In this document: positions 40,741-51,547 of the stretch, in pieces
Layout: every line of letters starts with the position of its first letter
How positions within the stretch are numbered: position 1 is the first letter of the stretch
Source: a bacterium
GTDB taxonomy: Bacteria; Patescibacteriota; Saccharimonadia; UBA4664
NCBI GenBank assembly: GCA_016699105.1
Contig: CP064960.1
Coordinates: forward strand, 200,727 to 264,726
Length of the DNA: 64,000 bases
Direction of reading: 5' to 3'
Notes under the pieces: generated by a model
Database searches by the model: none
What the model was told of the DNA's origin: nothing
The model's input: only the letters and a program-made list of their open reading frames with translations
Program-made: the position numbers and the translations under genes

Positions 40741-42798
40741 ACCGGCTCGTCAAGTGGCACGTGATAGGAGTGTTGGCGGCAGCGGTTTTGGCTATTAGCT
40801 GGCCGAGCGGACGGGCTGAGGCCCTGAGTGGTTCGCAATTTCAGCCAGGACGCATCATTGATGACCAGGTGTTTTATGACGGTGACGCCATGAGCGTGGC
40901 TCAAATCCAAAGTTTTTGGCCTCCAAAGTGCCTGCCTGCGATACTAATGGCAACCAACCTTATTACGGCACGTACAAAGGTGTGACCTACAATGGCAACG
41001 TCTTACGCAAAAACCTGGATCCGGCTTCGCAGCCGCCGTTTACCTGTGTGCGTGATTACTCTGAGAATACCAGCACCAAAGATAACAACTATGGCCGGGC
41101 TGGCTACACGGTGCCCGGCGGAATTTCGGCTGCCCAGATTATTGCGAACGAAGCCATCGCATACAACATTAATCCCAAAGTACTGCTGGTTCTTATCCAG
41201 AAAGAATCGAGCCTACTGACCGACGATTGGCCTTGGGCGTGGCAATACCGATCAGCCACTGGCTACGGTTGCCCTGATACTGCTGCCTGTAGCTCGACCT
41301 ACTACGGTTTTTACAATCAAGTACACAATGCCGCCCGGCAATTTAGGCTCTATGCCAACAATCCGCTCGCTTACAACTACGTAATTGGTGCCAACAACAT
41401 CAAATATCACCCCGACCCCTCGAGTTGCGGGACACAACGAGTGACAATCGTGAACAGTGCCACCGCTGGGCTCTACAATTACACCCCGTACGTCCCCAAC
41501 CAGGCAGCACTCAATAATTTGTATGGACTGGGGGACGGTTGTAGTGCTTATGGCAATCGTAATTTCTGGCGATTATTTAATGATTGGTTCGGACCGACTT
41601 TGGTCCCGACCTACGACACCACTATCAGCAGTGTGTCGGTCAACGCCGATTTATCGAACTTGGTGGCAGGATCGACGGCTACGATCACGTACCGGCTCAC
41701 CAATACTGGTACTGCGACGTGGACTAAGGGTGGTAACAACCCGGTAAAACTAGGTACCTTCAACCCAACTGACCGGCAAAGCCCATTTTGTACCACTGGT
41801 TGGATGGGCTGTAATCGGGCAGCTCTACTCGAAGAAGATAGCGTCGCGCCGGGTGAAATCGGCACGTTTCAAGTAACTATCAAGGCACCGCGCCAGCCTG
41901 GGGAGTACCGGGAATTTTACCGGCCGCTCGCAGAGGGCTTGGCCTGGTTCCCGACATTCAATAACAACATGTATATTCGGGTCGTACCAGCCGTTTATAG
42001 TTACAAGGTCGCCGGGCAAGCCACGTACACGGACAGTTCCAAACAGCTTCGCTCAATCCGGCTTTACTGAGTCCAGGGCAACGGGGCTGGATGTTGGTGC
42101 GACTCCTCAATACCGGCAATGTCACGTGGTACCGGGATGGAACGAATCCGATCAAACTTGGTACCGATGGCGCGCGCGATCGGTCAAGCCGGTTATGTAC
42201 GACCGGATGGGCTGGCTGTAACCGGCCGGCTCGACTGGCTGAAGCTAGTGTCGCACCGGGCGCAACAGGTACTTTTGAGTGGCCAATTGCCGCGCAAGCC
42301 TCTAGCGGTGAGTGGCGAGAGTATTTCACGCCGGTAGCAGAAGGTATAACCTGGATGAACACCGGCTTAAACTTCCTGGTGCGCGTCAATGGCGTTTATT
42401 CTTGGCAAGTCGTCGGCCAATATGCAGCTACCAATTCGTCAAAAACGACCGGGGTCGACTTGGCAAATCTGACACCGGGACAAAAAGTCTGGGTGGGAAT
42501 ACTGGCCAAGAATACCGGAACAGCAACCTGGTACCGCGACGGGCTCTATCCGATCAAAATGGGTACGTCCCATCCGGTAGACCGGGCCAGTCCATTCTGT
42601 GATAGTAGCTGGTTGGGCTGTAACCGGCCAGCAAAATTAGCCCAAGCCAGCGTAGCACCGGGCGAAGTAGCTGACTTTGGTTTCTGGTATGTTGCGCCGT
42701 CCACGCGCACTGTTTACCGTGAATATTACAACCTGGTGGCCGAAGGCCCAACCTGGCTGAACAATCCGGGAGTCAACCACTACTCGGTGGTACGGTGA
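40737..42798 (+). CDS. Secreted protein of about 686 aa with a possible lysozyme-like N-terminal domain and three tandem Ig-like repeats of about 105 aa; at least 2 frame breaks.
   Basis: Signal peptide. …VLLVLIQKESSLL… segment. Repeats each carry LxNTGxxTWxxxGxNPIKLGTxxPxDRxSxFCxxxWxGCNRxAxLxExSVAPGExGxF…GEYREYF…VAEGxxW. The apparent stop at 42070 is bypassed by the next frame (…SLNPALLSPGQRGWMLVRLLNTGNVTW…). Break near 40950. Confidence 0.6.
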
Positions 42799-44092
42799 CC
42801 CGTCTGGCCCATTTTGGCCGGCGGGCGATGGGATTGACCCGGACTCAAACTGCTAAATCTTCGGCGGTAATTTTCAGCGGCAGCATTGTAGCTGCCGTCA
42901 TGAGTTTTGTGGTGGCGTTTGTGGCGTCACGGCTACTGGGACCCGATGACTACGGCCGGTTGGCGACCGCCAATGCCCTGGTCGTGATCATGGTAGGCGT
43001 GACTGATTTCGGCATATCAACGGCGTTAGTGAAATTTACCAGTGAGCGACTACGCGACAAAGCCCAGGTGGCGGCTTTTTCCAGTCTGCCTTCAAGCTGG
43101 AGCTCGGTCTGGCTTTCATCATGCTCTTGGCTCTGCCACTGACCCCGTTTTGGGCAAAGGGATTGGGCGGCCCGGCCATGGAACTGCCGATTTTGATGGG
43201 ACTGATCGCGAGCATTTGTTTGTCGTTGGGCGCTTATGCCAATGCCGTGCTGCAGTCGTACCAGCGCTTTAAAACCATGGCAGCAGTCAATATTGCCGGC
43301 GCTACGTTGCGGGCTGGGCTCGTCGTGGGAGTAGCCCTAGTAACTGGGTTGACCCTCGTCCAAGCTTTGGTGATCAACGTAGTTGTGGCCGTTTTTGGCT
43401 TGGTAGTGGGATTATTAGTCGTTCCACGCACAGGAGTAAAGGCATCGGGGTTGGCTCAGCGGCAAGCGTTGGGGCAGATGCTCCATTTCGGAAAATGGCT
43501 GGTTGTGTCGTATTCGCTCAATGCCATTATTTCCCGGCTGGATGTAGTCATGCTCGCCCATTTTCGTCCGGCGGCCGATGTGGGTCATTATGCCGCCGCT
43601 TTGCAGCTGGCTAGTGTGATGCCATTGTTGATATCATCTTTGACGACGGTGCTTATTCCCAAAGTAACGGCACTGCCGGCCGATCAATTGGGTTCGTACT
43701 TGCGTAAAGTGCTGTTTGGGGCGGGGTAGCCGCTGTGGGATTGGTGCCAGTAATCTTGCTCGCCAAGCCACTGATACTCCTGGTTTTTGGTCACGAATAC
43801 GAGGCGGCAGTACTGCCATTTCAATTGATTATGACGAGCTTTTTTGATCACTTTGTTTATTAATCCACCGAGTTTGCTGTTTTATCGCTGGAACCGGCCG
43901 AAAATCTTGACCTATATGAATGTGGTTACCAGTGCGGTTTTGGTAGGTCTGTTTTGGGTGTTGACCCCGCTGTGGGGACCGATCGGGGCTGCGACGGCGC
44001 TCCTGATCAATGTCTTGGTAGCCGCGCTCCTATTCAGCGGATTGTTATGGAGAGAGTGGCACCGCCAACACTTGGGAGCTAACCATGCCTAA
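42795..44092 (+). CDS. Wzx-like polysaccharide/oligosaccharide flippase (MOP superfamily), 3 frame breaks.
   Basis: ORFs 42795-43142, 43121-43729 and 43844-44092 plus an intervening frame. About 12 TM helices. …LLAKPLILLVFGHEYEAAVLPFQL…. Confidence 0.55.
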
Positions 44093-45167
44093 GACCATTC
44101 TGATCGTGAGCGCGCCAGCAGCCTACGGTGGCGGCGAGGTCTACGTAGAGCAATTGGTGCAGGAGTTGCGTCAGAATTATCGTTTTGTAGTAATGACGTC
44201 ATTGGGCAGTTGGCGACGGTCACTGGCCCAGCAACGAATTCACAGTTGGCCACTTCTGGGTGCGGTGCGATTTTATTCTATCTGGGGAGTGCGGCTGTAC
44301 CGGCTATTGTTGCCCTGGCAGCAGCTGCAATTATTGCTGGCGGTTTGGCGGTGGCGGCCGGATGTTATTTGGGTGCAATCCAATGAAGAGCGACTGGCAG
44401 TAGCCGATGTGGCGCGGTGGTGTCAGGTGCCGGTACTATGGACTATGCATGGGCCGATCGACGCCAGCGGTAGCCGCTGGTATCAGAAGCGGTTTCGCCA
44501 AGCTGCGAGTAAGGCGTCGAGGATTATTTGTGTATCCAAGCACGTGCGCGACGCCGTCGTAGCAGCCGGAGCCCGCCCTGATCAATGTCAACTGATTCCC
44601 AATGGCGTGGCAGTGCCGCGGGCCGCTTTACCTGATGTGCCTACCGGGACTGTAGCGTTTATCGGACGGCTTGAGATTGAAAAGGGACCGGACATGTTCG
44701 TGGCGGCAGCGCTGCGAGTACTTAGATTGCGGCCGCAAACGCAATTTGTGATCGCGGGCGACGGTAGTCTCATGGCAGCGTTGAAGCACCAAGCAGCGTC
44801 TGCGGGTGAGGCTATTCGGTTCTTGGGCTGGACGCCATCGGCGGCGGTGTTAGCAGATTGCCAATTGGTCGTAGCGCCATCACGGGTGGAGGCACAAGGA
44901 TTGGCAGTTCTAGAAGCCATGGCCAGCGGTCGGCCGGTGGTAGCGGCTCATGTCGGTGGATTGGCGGAAATTATTACTTCTGGGAAAACCGGCCAGTTGG
45001 TGCCGCCTGATGATCCGGTCGCTTTGGCAGATGCTATCGCCGAATTGCTTGACGATCCGGCTCAGCGCCGGCGGCTAGGCCACCAAGGACGGGTGCATGT
45101 CGAGCAACACTATCAACAAGCTGACTGGGTGTCAGCGACCCACCAAGTATTGGAGCACGTGTTATGA
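44085..45167 (+). CDS. Glycosyltransferase family 4 (GT-B).
   Basis: …EAQGLAVLEAMASGRPVVAAHVGGLAEII… EX7E region. Confidence 0.85.
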   Translation: MPKTILIVSAPAAYGGGEVYVEQLVQELRQNYRFVVMTSLGSWRRSLAQQRIHSWPLLGAVRFYSIWGVRLYRLLLPWQQLQLLLAVWRWRPDVIWVQSNEERLAVADVARWCQVPVLWTMHGPIDASGSRWYQKRFRQAASKASRIICVSKHVRDAVVAAGARPDQCQLIPNGVAVPRAALPDVPTGTVAFIGRLEIEKGPDMFVAAALRVLRLRPQTQFVIAGDGSLMAALKHQAASAGEAIRFLGWTPSAAVLADCQLVVAPSRVEAQGLAVLEAMASGRPVVAAHVGGLAEIITSGKTGQLVPPDDPVALADAIAELLDDPAQRRRLGHQGRVHVEQHYQQADWVSATHQVLEHVL

Positions 45168-46273
45168 GCCGGGCAGATCGGATAGTGTATATACGGCCGG
45201 CTAGTGGCGGAATACAGCGCTATAGTCAATTAATCGAGCGGTTATATGCGCAGGCAGAGGTACCGCTAAACGTTATCACAGTTGATGAGCGCCGTGCGGC
45301 CGCCGGTTGGCGGGGATTGATGCTAGGTATACGGTTAGCACTGACGAGCCGTGGATGTATGGTTCACGCCGAGATCGGATTTCACAGCGCCACCACCGTC
45401 TGGGCTTTGCTGGTGTGGCAGTGGTTAAAGCGTGGCCACTACGTATTGACCATCCACGAAGCTGAGCCGGTGCTCGAGAGTCTGTTTCCTATGCGTTGGT
45501 GGGGGCAGCGACGGCGACCAATTTCGAGCTTGATCAACCGGCTAAGACGGATATTGGATGGCTGGTGGCGGCAACGTTTGGTGGGTCGGTTAATACAAAA
45601 AGCTGATCACATCATAACCTTGCAGCCAGATACCACCGTATTTGGTCGGGTAGGGATATATCTCCCCCATCCTGTATATCTGAGTGAAGCGCCGGCATAC
45701 CAGCAACCACCTCAACGAGCGGTCGGTTTCTTGGGTTATTGGGGTGACGCTAAGGGCATTGAGGTATTAATCCAGGCAGCAGGTCGGCTGACAGCCGCGG
45801 GCGTGCAATCACGCTGGATCATTGCCGGCTCGACCGGCGATCCACATGATGAATATTCCCGGTCTTTGCGGCGGTTAGCTAGTCAAAGCGGTGCCACGAT
45901 TGAGTTTCCGGGTTCGATTCCTGAAACCAGCATGCTGGAATATTTACAGTCACTGAGTGTGTTGGTAATTCCCTATCGTCACAACTTAGCCGGGCTTGCG
46001 AGTGGAATGGCAGTGTGGGCGACCAATGCTGGTGTACCAGTGATTGCTTCAGCAACCCCAGCTCTCAAGGCTCAGCTTGACGGTGTAGCCGGATGGGTGC
46101 CGCCGGATGACCCGGTGGCATTGGGTGAAGCTATAGCTCAACATTTAGAGGCGCCGGCTAAGCTCACCAAACTGGCTGCCCAGGCTCAGTCGCGATTATT
46201 AGCCGAGCGCAATGACCAAGCTGTGAGTAGCGCATTACTGAAGTTGGTGACGAAAGGACAAGGTACCCAGTGA
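45164..46273 (+). CDS. Glycosyltransferase, GT-B fold (GT4-like).
   Basis: C-terminal Rossmann half with …IPYRHNLAGLASGMAVWATNAGVPVIAS…. Confidence 0.7.
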   Translation: MSRADRIVYIRPASGGIQRYSQLIERLYAQAEVPLNVITVDERRAAAGWRGLMLGIRLALTSRGCMVHAEIGFHSATTVWALLVWQWLKRGHYVLTIHEAEPVLESLFPMRWWGQRRRPISSLINRLRRILDGWWRQRLVGRLIQKADHIITLQPDTTVFGRVGIYLPHPVYLSEAPAYQQPPQRAVGFLGYWGDAKGIEVLIQAAGRLTAAGVQSRWIIAGSTGDPHDEYSRSLRRLASQSGATIEFPGSIPETSMLEYLQSLSVLVIPYRHNLAGLASGMAVWATNAGVPVIASATPALKAQLDGVAGWVPPDDPVALGEAIAQHLEAPAKLTKLAAQAQSRLLAERNDQAVSSALLKLVTKGQGTQ

Positions 46274-47421
46274 AAATCGGTGTCGAAGCTTCATGTTTAG
46301 GCCGAAAACAACGCACCGGCGTTGATCATTATACGTTTTTCTTGTTGCAAGCCATGATCAAGTTGGCTCCTCAGCACCAGTTTGAATTAGAATATTTTCG
46401 ATTTTTAACCAAGCCACCCGTCAGCCTAGGTCTGGAGGCACCAAACGTCCGGCAACACCGGGTGAGCTTAATTCCGGGCAAACTGTACAGTGTGCTCTTC
46501 AAATACTTGTGGGCGCCACCGATCGATCTGTTAAGCGGTGCCCGCGGCAGTGTGTATTTGTTTCCAAACTTTGCCCGGTGGCGGTTGTTGTTTACTCGAA
46601 AATCGGTGGTGGTCATTCACGACTTAGCCTTTCACCATGCGCCCGAATACGTGCCCCAACGCTTGCGCGACTATCTGGAGAAGTATGTGCCCAAAGCTTT
46701 GGAAAAAGCCAACCATGTGCTGGCAGTCTCGGAGACTACAAAGCAGGATTTGATTAAAACTTACGGGATTCCAGCTGAGCGTATAACGGTGGCTAGCAAT
46801 GCGGTTGATCACACGTTCTTTTATCCCCGCGAGGCCGCCGAGTCAAAAATTGCCGCTCAGAAATATGGTGTCGACGGGTCTTACATTATGTTTCATGGCA
46901 CCATCGAACCACGCAAAAATCTCAAAGGGGTCATGGAAGCCTATCGCCAATTGCCGGCCAAACTCCAACAACGCTATAGTCTCGTCTTGTCGGGTGGCAA
47001 AGGTTGGCTGGACGACGACATTCACCAACAGATAGAGGAGCTCAGATCCAAAGGCGCGCGGGTGGTACAAACGGGTTATATTGACCAAGCGGATTTGCCA
47101 GCGTTGTACTCGGGAGCAAGTGTCTTTTTGTACCCGGCGTTTTATGAGGGTTTTGGATTGCCAATCATTGAGGCTATGGCCTGTGGAACGCCCACGATTA
47201 CCAGTAACGTCAGTGCCATGCCCGAAGCCGCCGGTGATGCCGGGATATTGATCAACCCGCATGATAGTGCCGAGATTGCCCGAGCGATCGCCAAGGTGCT
47301 AGAATCGCCAGCGCAAAGTCAGCAGATGCGAGTGGCAGGATTACAGCATGTGAAGCAATTTACCTGGGAAGACAGTGCGCAGGCGGCCTTGCAGGCTATC
47401 GAACTGGTTGCCAAAAAATAG
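46270..47421 (+). CDS. Glycosyltransferase family 4.
   Basis: …EGFGLPIIEAMACGTPTITSNVSAMPEAAGDAGILINP…. Confidence 0.85.
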   Translation: MKIGVEASCLGRKQRTGVDHYTFFLLQAMIKLAPQHQFELEYFRFLTKPPVSLGLEAPNVRQHRVSLIPGKLYSVLFKYLWAPPIDLLSGARGSVYLFPNFARWRLLFTRKSVVVIHDLAFHHAPEYVPQRLRDYLEKYVPKALEKANHVLAVSETTKQDLIKTYGIPAERITVASNAVDHTFFYPREAAESKIAAQKYGVDGSYIMFHGTIEPRKNLKGVMEAYRQLPAKLQQRYSLVLSGGKGWLDDDIHQQIEELRSKGARVVQTGYIDQADLPALYSGASVFLYPAFYEGFGLPIIEAMACGTPTITSNVSAMPEAAGDAGILINPHDSAEIARAIAKVLESPAQSQQMRVAGLQHVKQFTWEDSAQAALQAIELVAKK

Positions 47422-47453
47422 CGAGTACCGGTAGGGGTACTTTGGTACAATAG

Positions 47454-48740
47454 GTGGTAATGAAATTGCGCGTCCTGACTGAAGCCTCGCCGAAACTATT
47501 TACCGCTGGTTTGATCTTGACCGCCGCCCTCATGCCCCTCGACCGGCTGCAAGACTTGGCGACGGCATTCCCCTATGCGGCGACCATTGCGTTCTTGCTG
47601 ATGATTCAATATCCGGCGGTGGTATTGTTGACGCGCCGGCGAGTGCGGCTTTCGCCCATAATTGCCTTGGCTATGGGGCTGCCACTAGTATCGGCAGCAG
47701 TGACCTCGGCCTCGGCTTACAGTCAAGCTCTAGCTTGGAGCACTACTGCTTTGTTGGTGTTTGTAGTGGTACGGGGTTGGTTGGCGGCTCAGTTTATTTC
47801 GAGGGGACAACTCGAGATATTTGAACGGGCGGTGTTGATCGTAGCAGCACTGGTGGCAGTGTTTGGCTGCTATCAGTACGTCGGCGATGTTTATGGGCTG
47901 AGTAATGCCTGGACTGGATTGCTGGCTAGTTATAGTTCGACCGCCACTTACCCATTTCCACGCGTCCAATCGGTGGCTTTGGAGCCATTATATCTGGCTC
48001 ACTATCTCCTCTTACCGATCGGGCTGATGTTGGTGCGGGCATTGCGGCGACAATGGCGCGTTCATTGGCTGGAGCGGCTGAACTTGGTCTTGGTCCTGAC
48101 CGTATTTTTGTTGACGCTATCACGGGGTGCCATTTTGGGCCTCGTCATGTCGTTGGTCGTGCTGCTGATTGGTGCCCGTTCGTGGCGGCTATTGTGGTAC
48201 ATCGCCCGATATGGGCTGGCAGCTATTGTACTGACAACCGGATTTGTAGCTTGGGCGGGATCGGTGCAAAAACAAAGCACGGTCGGGATATTTGCGGGAC
48301 ATGCGGTTGATCTCAATGACGAATCGGCCAGAACTCGCTATGACCTCTGGCCCCAAGCCTGGGAGATTTTCCGGGCGTATCCCCTCGATGGGGTTGGTCC
48401 CTACAATTCACGGTTGCTCGTGCATGATAAGGAGCCAACAGCCGATGCGACCGCAGTAGCCAAACTTCAGCCCCTCAATAACGATTACCTGGCTTATGTG
48501 GCCGAGCAAGGCGTCGTCGGTATATTGCTGGTGCTACCATTAGCCGCTCTGGTCCTGATGGCGCTGTGGGCAGTATGGCAGCAGCGGTTTGTGCATCCAG
48601 CCGGGCCCTATGCCTTTGCAATGATCGGCATGGCATTTGAAGCCAATGCCTTTCATTCGATTTTGTTGCTGCGAACTTGGATAGTGATCGGCTTGCTCGT
48701 AGCTGGCTGGAGACTCTTCCGTGAGCGATCCAAAGCATAA
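47454..48740 (+). CDS. O-antigen ligase / Wzy_C-domain membrane protein.
   Basis: 428 aa polytopic. Wzy_C loop …RTRYDLWPQAWEIFRAYPLDGVGPYNS…LQPLNNDYLAYVAEQGVVG…. Confidence 0.75.
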   Translation: MVMKLRVLTEASPKLFTAGLILTAALMPLDRLQDLATAFPYAATIAFLLMIQYPAVVLLTRRRVRLSPIIALAMGLPLVSAAVTSASAYSQALAWSTTALLVFVVVRGWLAAQFISRGQLEIFERAVLIVAALVAVFGCYQYVGDVYGLSNAWTGLLASYSSTATYPFPRVQSVALEPLYLAHYLLLPIGLMLVRALRRQWRVHWLERLNLVLVLTVFLLTLSRGAILGLVMSLVVLLIGARSWRLLWYIARYGLAAIVLTTGFVAWAGSVQKQSTVGIFAGHAVDLNDESARTRYDLWPQAWEIFRAYPLDGVGPYNSRLLVHDKEPTADATAVAKLQPLNNDYLAYVAEQGVVGILLVLPLAALVLMALWAVWQQRFVHPAGPYAFAMIGMAFEANAFHSILLLRTWIVIGLLVAGWRLFRERSKA

Positions 48741-50045
48741 GCGGTTTGATTTGACAGACGTTGAGCGGGCCGCTTGGCGCAGTGGTTTACTGGCAACGGC
48801 TCTATTATTGCCACTCGACCGGCTACCCGAAGCGGTAGCGCGGCCATTGCTGTGGCTGAGCTTGGGACTATTGTTGGTGCGGCCAATGTATCAACTGCGG
48901 GCGCCAGCTCAACTGTGGCGGCGATTGACGGGGCGACGGGAGTTAGTGGTCAGTTTAGTACTGGGAGCAGTTGGTGCAGCCGCGTGGGCGTCAGTACCGG
49001 GGGCCCTGGATCCGACAGTCGCAGGCGCGGCAGCTCTGACGCTGTCGTGGCTATTGTTCCGGGCGTGGCTCATAGCGATATGGAGTGACTGGTCTGATCT
49101 GGTCACTTTGGCAAAATGGGTGATTGGTGTGGGATTAGTCGTAGTAGTGCTGGGGTGGCTGCAGGCCGCCGCCGACCTAGCCGGATGGCCATCAAGTCTG
49201 ACCGGCTTATTGCCGCGGTATTCGCATACGGCGACGTTTGTGGTTCCGCGCCCGCAGGCGACGGCGCTGGAGCCATTGTACCTGGCCCATTATTTGTTTA
49301 TCCCGCTCGGGCTACTGCTGGCTCTCTGGCTCGGGCGATGGCAACGGCGTTTGGTGAGCGTGGCCATAGTGGCAGTTATGAGTTTGATGGTGGCCACGGG
49401 CAGCCGGGGTGGACTATTAGGTTTGGTAGCGGTTGGACTCTTGACTGGATTGGCGTGGCTTTGGAACTGGCCCGGCGGCCGCAAAGTGGCGGTGAGCTTG
49501 GCAGTAACGGGCGCTCTTACCCTAATAGTGCTGGGGTAACAATTTGGCGTCAGTACCGCGACCAACCCGTGGCTCAAAACGTCAAAATCGAGCGGACTTG
49601 GCAATCGGCATTGGGACACTATCTCGACTTTAATGATCGCTCGGCCAACACGCGCTACGAATTGTGGCCGGCAGCTATCGAACAGTGGCATAGACATCCG
49701 GCATTGGGAGTGGGCTTGTATAACTCCCGGTTAGCGCTCCATGAGGACGCCTGGAGAAAGGGCACTCCCATCGAGCAACTCCAACCCTTGAATAATGATT
49801 ACCTGGCTTGGCTGGCGGAAACTGGGCTCGTAGGGCTGACAGCGCTCTTGGCATTGGCTAGTTGTCTGGTGGTGGCCGGATACCGAGCGTGGCAGCAGTG
49901 GCAGCCCTGGACGAGCGGTTGGTCGTTGGCCCTAGCTGGAATGGCTGTCCAGGCACTCACCTTCCATTCGATCCTGTTATTGCGAACCTGGGTAGTGGTG
50001 GGAGCTATTTTGGCTGTTTGGGTGTCGAGACGACGGGCTTCATGA
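48721..50045 (+). CDS. O-antigen ligase / Wzy_C-domain membrane protein, tandem paralog of the 47454 gene, read across a frame break.
   Basis: ORFs 48721-49539 and 49116-50045. Same motif set (…NTRYELWPAAIEQWHRHPALGVGLYNS…LQPLNNDYLAWLAETGLVG…). Confidence 0.65.
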
Positions 50046-51547
50046 AAGTTCATCGACCATATTTACTAATACTGTTGGCGATTGCCTTTGTGGTGACGGT
50101 GGCTAATGTCGCTTGGACGTTGCTAGACCAGCGGCCGCCGCACTGGGATATGGCGCGCCATCTGGTGACGAGCCTGGATTATAGGGACGCCGCCCAACAA
50201 GGCCATTGGGGAACGCTCGTTCGGGGTTACTACTATTATCCGCCCCTCATCTATCTGTCGGTGCTGCCATGGTATACCTTATTCGGCAGCAGTGTGGCGG
50301 TCGCCGTAGCTAGCAACTTTGGTTGGCTAGCGCTTTTGCTTGTGTCGGTGTATGGGCTGGGTCAGCAATTATGGAACCGGCGAGTGGGATTGGTGGCGGC
50401 AATCGTTAGTGCTGGAACACCAATGCTGGTATCTCAGTTTAAAGAGTTTCAGCTCGATGCCCCGTTGGCTGCTGTCACGGCAGCGACAGTCTACGCGTTG
50501 ATCCGCAGCCGGGCGTTATCCAACGTTAATTGGTCTATCGCAGTCGGCCTGGCACTGGGGTTGGGATTATTGCTGAAGTGGACGTTTGCGTTGATCATGT
50601 TAGTGCCTGTGGGTTACTGTCTGGTACTGGTTGTCTGGCGATTTCAACGGCAGCGATATCTGGCGAATTTTGCGGGTGTCGTTACGGCCGGACTGACGGC
50701 TTACACTATGGTATCGGCCTGGTATTGGTCAAATTTTGATATATTGCAGACTGATTTGATCAATAATGGCAAAGAAGCCGGAGTTCGCGAGGGTGACCCG
50801 GCTATTTGGACGGTCGCCTCCAATAGTTGGTATCTGGATGCGGCAATTAACGCGCAAATTTACGCCGGTCTCGCCATCGTACTGGCGGTCGGTATTGGCT
50901 ATTGGTTGTGGCGCAAACGCTTGGCGGTTGGTTCTGATTGGCTGCTTGTCGCTCTGACGGTCGTTGGTACCTATGCCCTATTTACGCTGCTACCCAACAA
51001 AGACGCCCGATATACCTTGCCCATGATACCGTTGCTGGTCGTACTGGGTTGTGGCGGTTTGATGAGCCTGCGCGGGCGATGGGTGAAGTATATGGGAACT
51101 GGTTTGATCATTTACTCGGCAGTTTCCTGGACATTGATGAGCTTTGGAGGTTCACAGCGGCTACCACGCATTGCCATCGCCGATCGGGTAGTAATATGGG
51201 CGCCGCATGGTTACCTTATTGGAGCGCCTTCGGCTGATCGCTGGTATCAAGCGGAAGCGTTCGATCGGGCCAGAGCCATTAGCCCAGCGATACATTATCA
51301 AGCCTGGGATACTATTTGGTTTAATAACTGGGGCGCGGCTTATTACGCTCATCAGCTCGGCCTGACAATGGTACCCTCTACAGAGAATGCCGGGGCGATG
51401 ATAACCCGGACGGCTCCTGCGACCGCTCCAGCTGAGTTGCGCGCCGCCTGGCAGCCCGAGCCGGCTCAGGGTTGGACCAAGGTTTGGAGCCGATCATTAC
51501 CAGATGGTACAACGGTCACCGTGTGGCAGCCGCTGGATAGCCTATAA
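50042..51547 (+). CDS. GT-C glycosyltransferase, family 39/83 (PMT_2; ArnT/protein-O-mannosyltransferase-like).
   Basis: MKVHRPYLL… start at 50042 overlaps the upstream stop. …RPPHWDMARHL… loop and YYYYPPLIYL. About 12 TM helices, 501 aa. Confidence 0.75.
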   Translation: MKVHRPYLLILLAIAFVVTVANVAWTLLDQRPPHWDMARHLVTSLDYRDAAQQGHWGTLVRGYYYYPPLIYLSVLPWYTLFGSSVAVAVASNFGWLALLLVSVYGLGQQLWNRRVGLVAAIVSAGTPMLVSQFKEFQLDAPLAAVTAATVYALIRSRALSNVNWSIAVGLALGLGLLLKWTFALIMLVPVGYCLVLVVWRFQRQRYLANFAGVVTAGLTAYTMVSAWYWSNFDILQTDLINNGKEAGVREGDPAIWTVASNSWYLDAAINAQIYAGLAIVLAVGIGYWLWRKRLAVGSDWLLVALTVVGTYALFTLLPNKDARYTLPMIPLLVVLGCGGLMSLRGRWVKYMGTGLIIYSAVSWTLMSFGGSQRLPRIAIADRVVIWAPHGYLIGAPSADRWYQAEAFDRARAISPAIHYQAWDTIWFNNWGAAYYAHQLGLTMVPSTENAGAMITRTAPATAPAELRAAWQPEPAQGWTKVWSRSLPDGTTVTVWQPLDSL

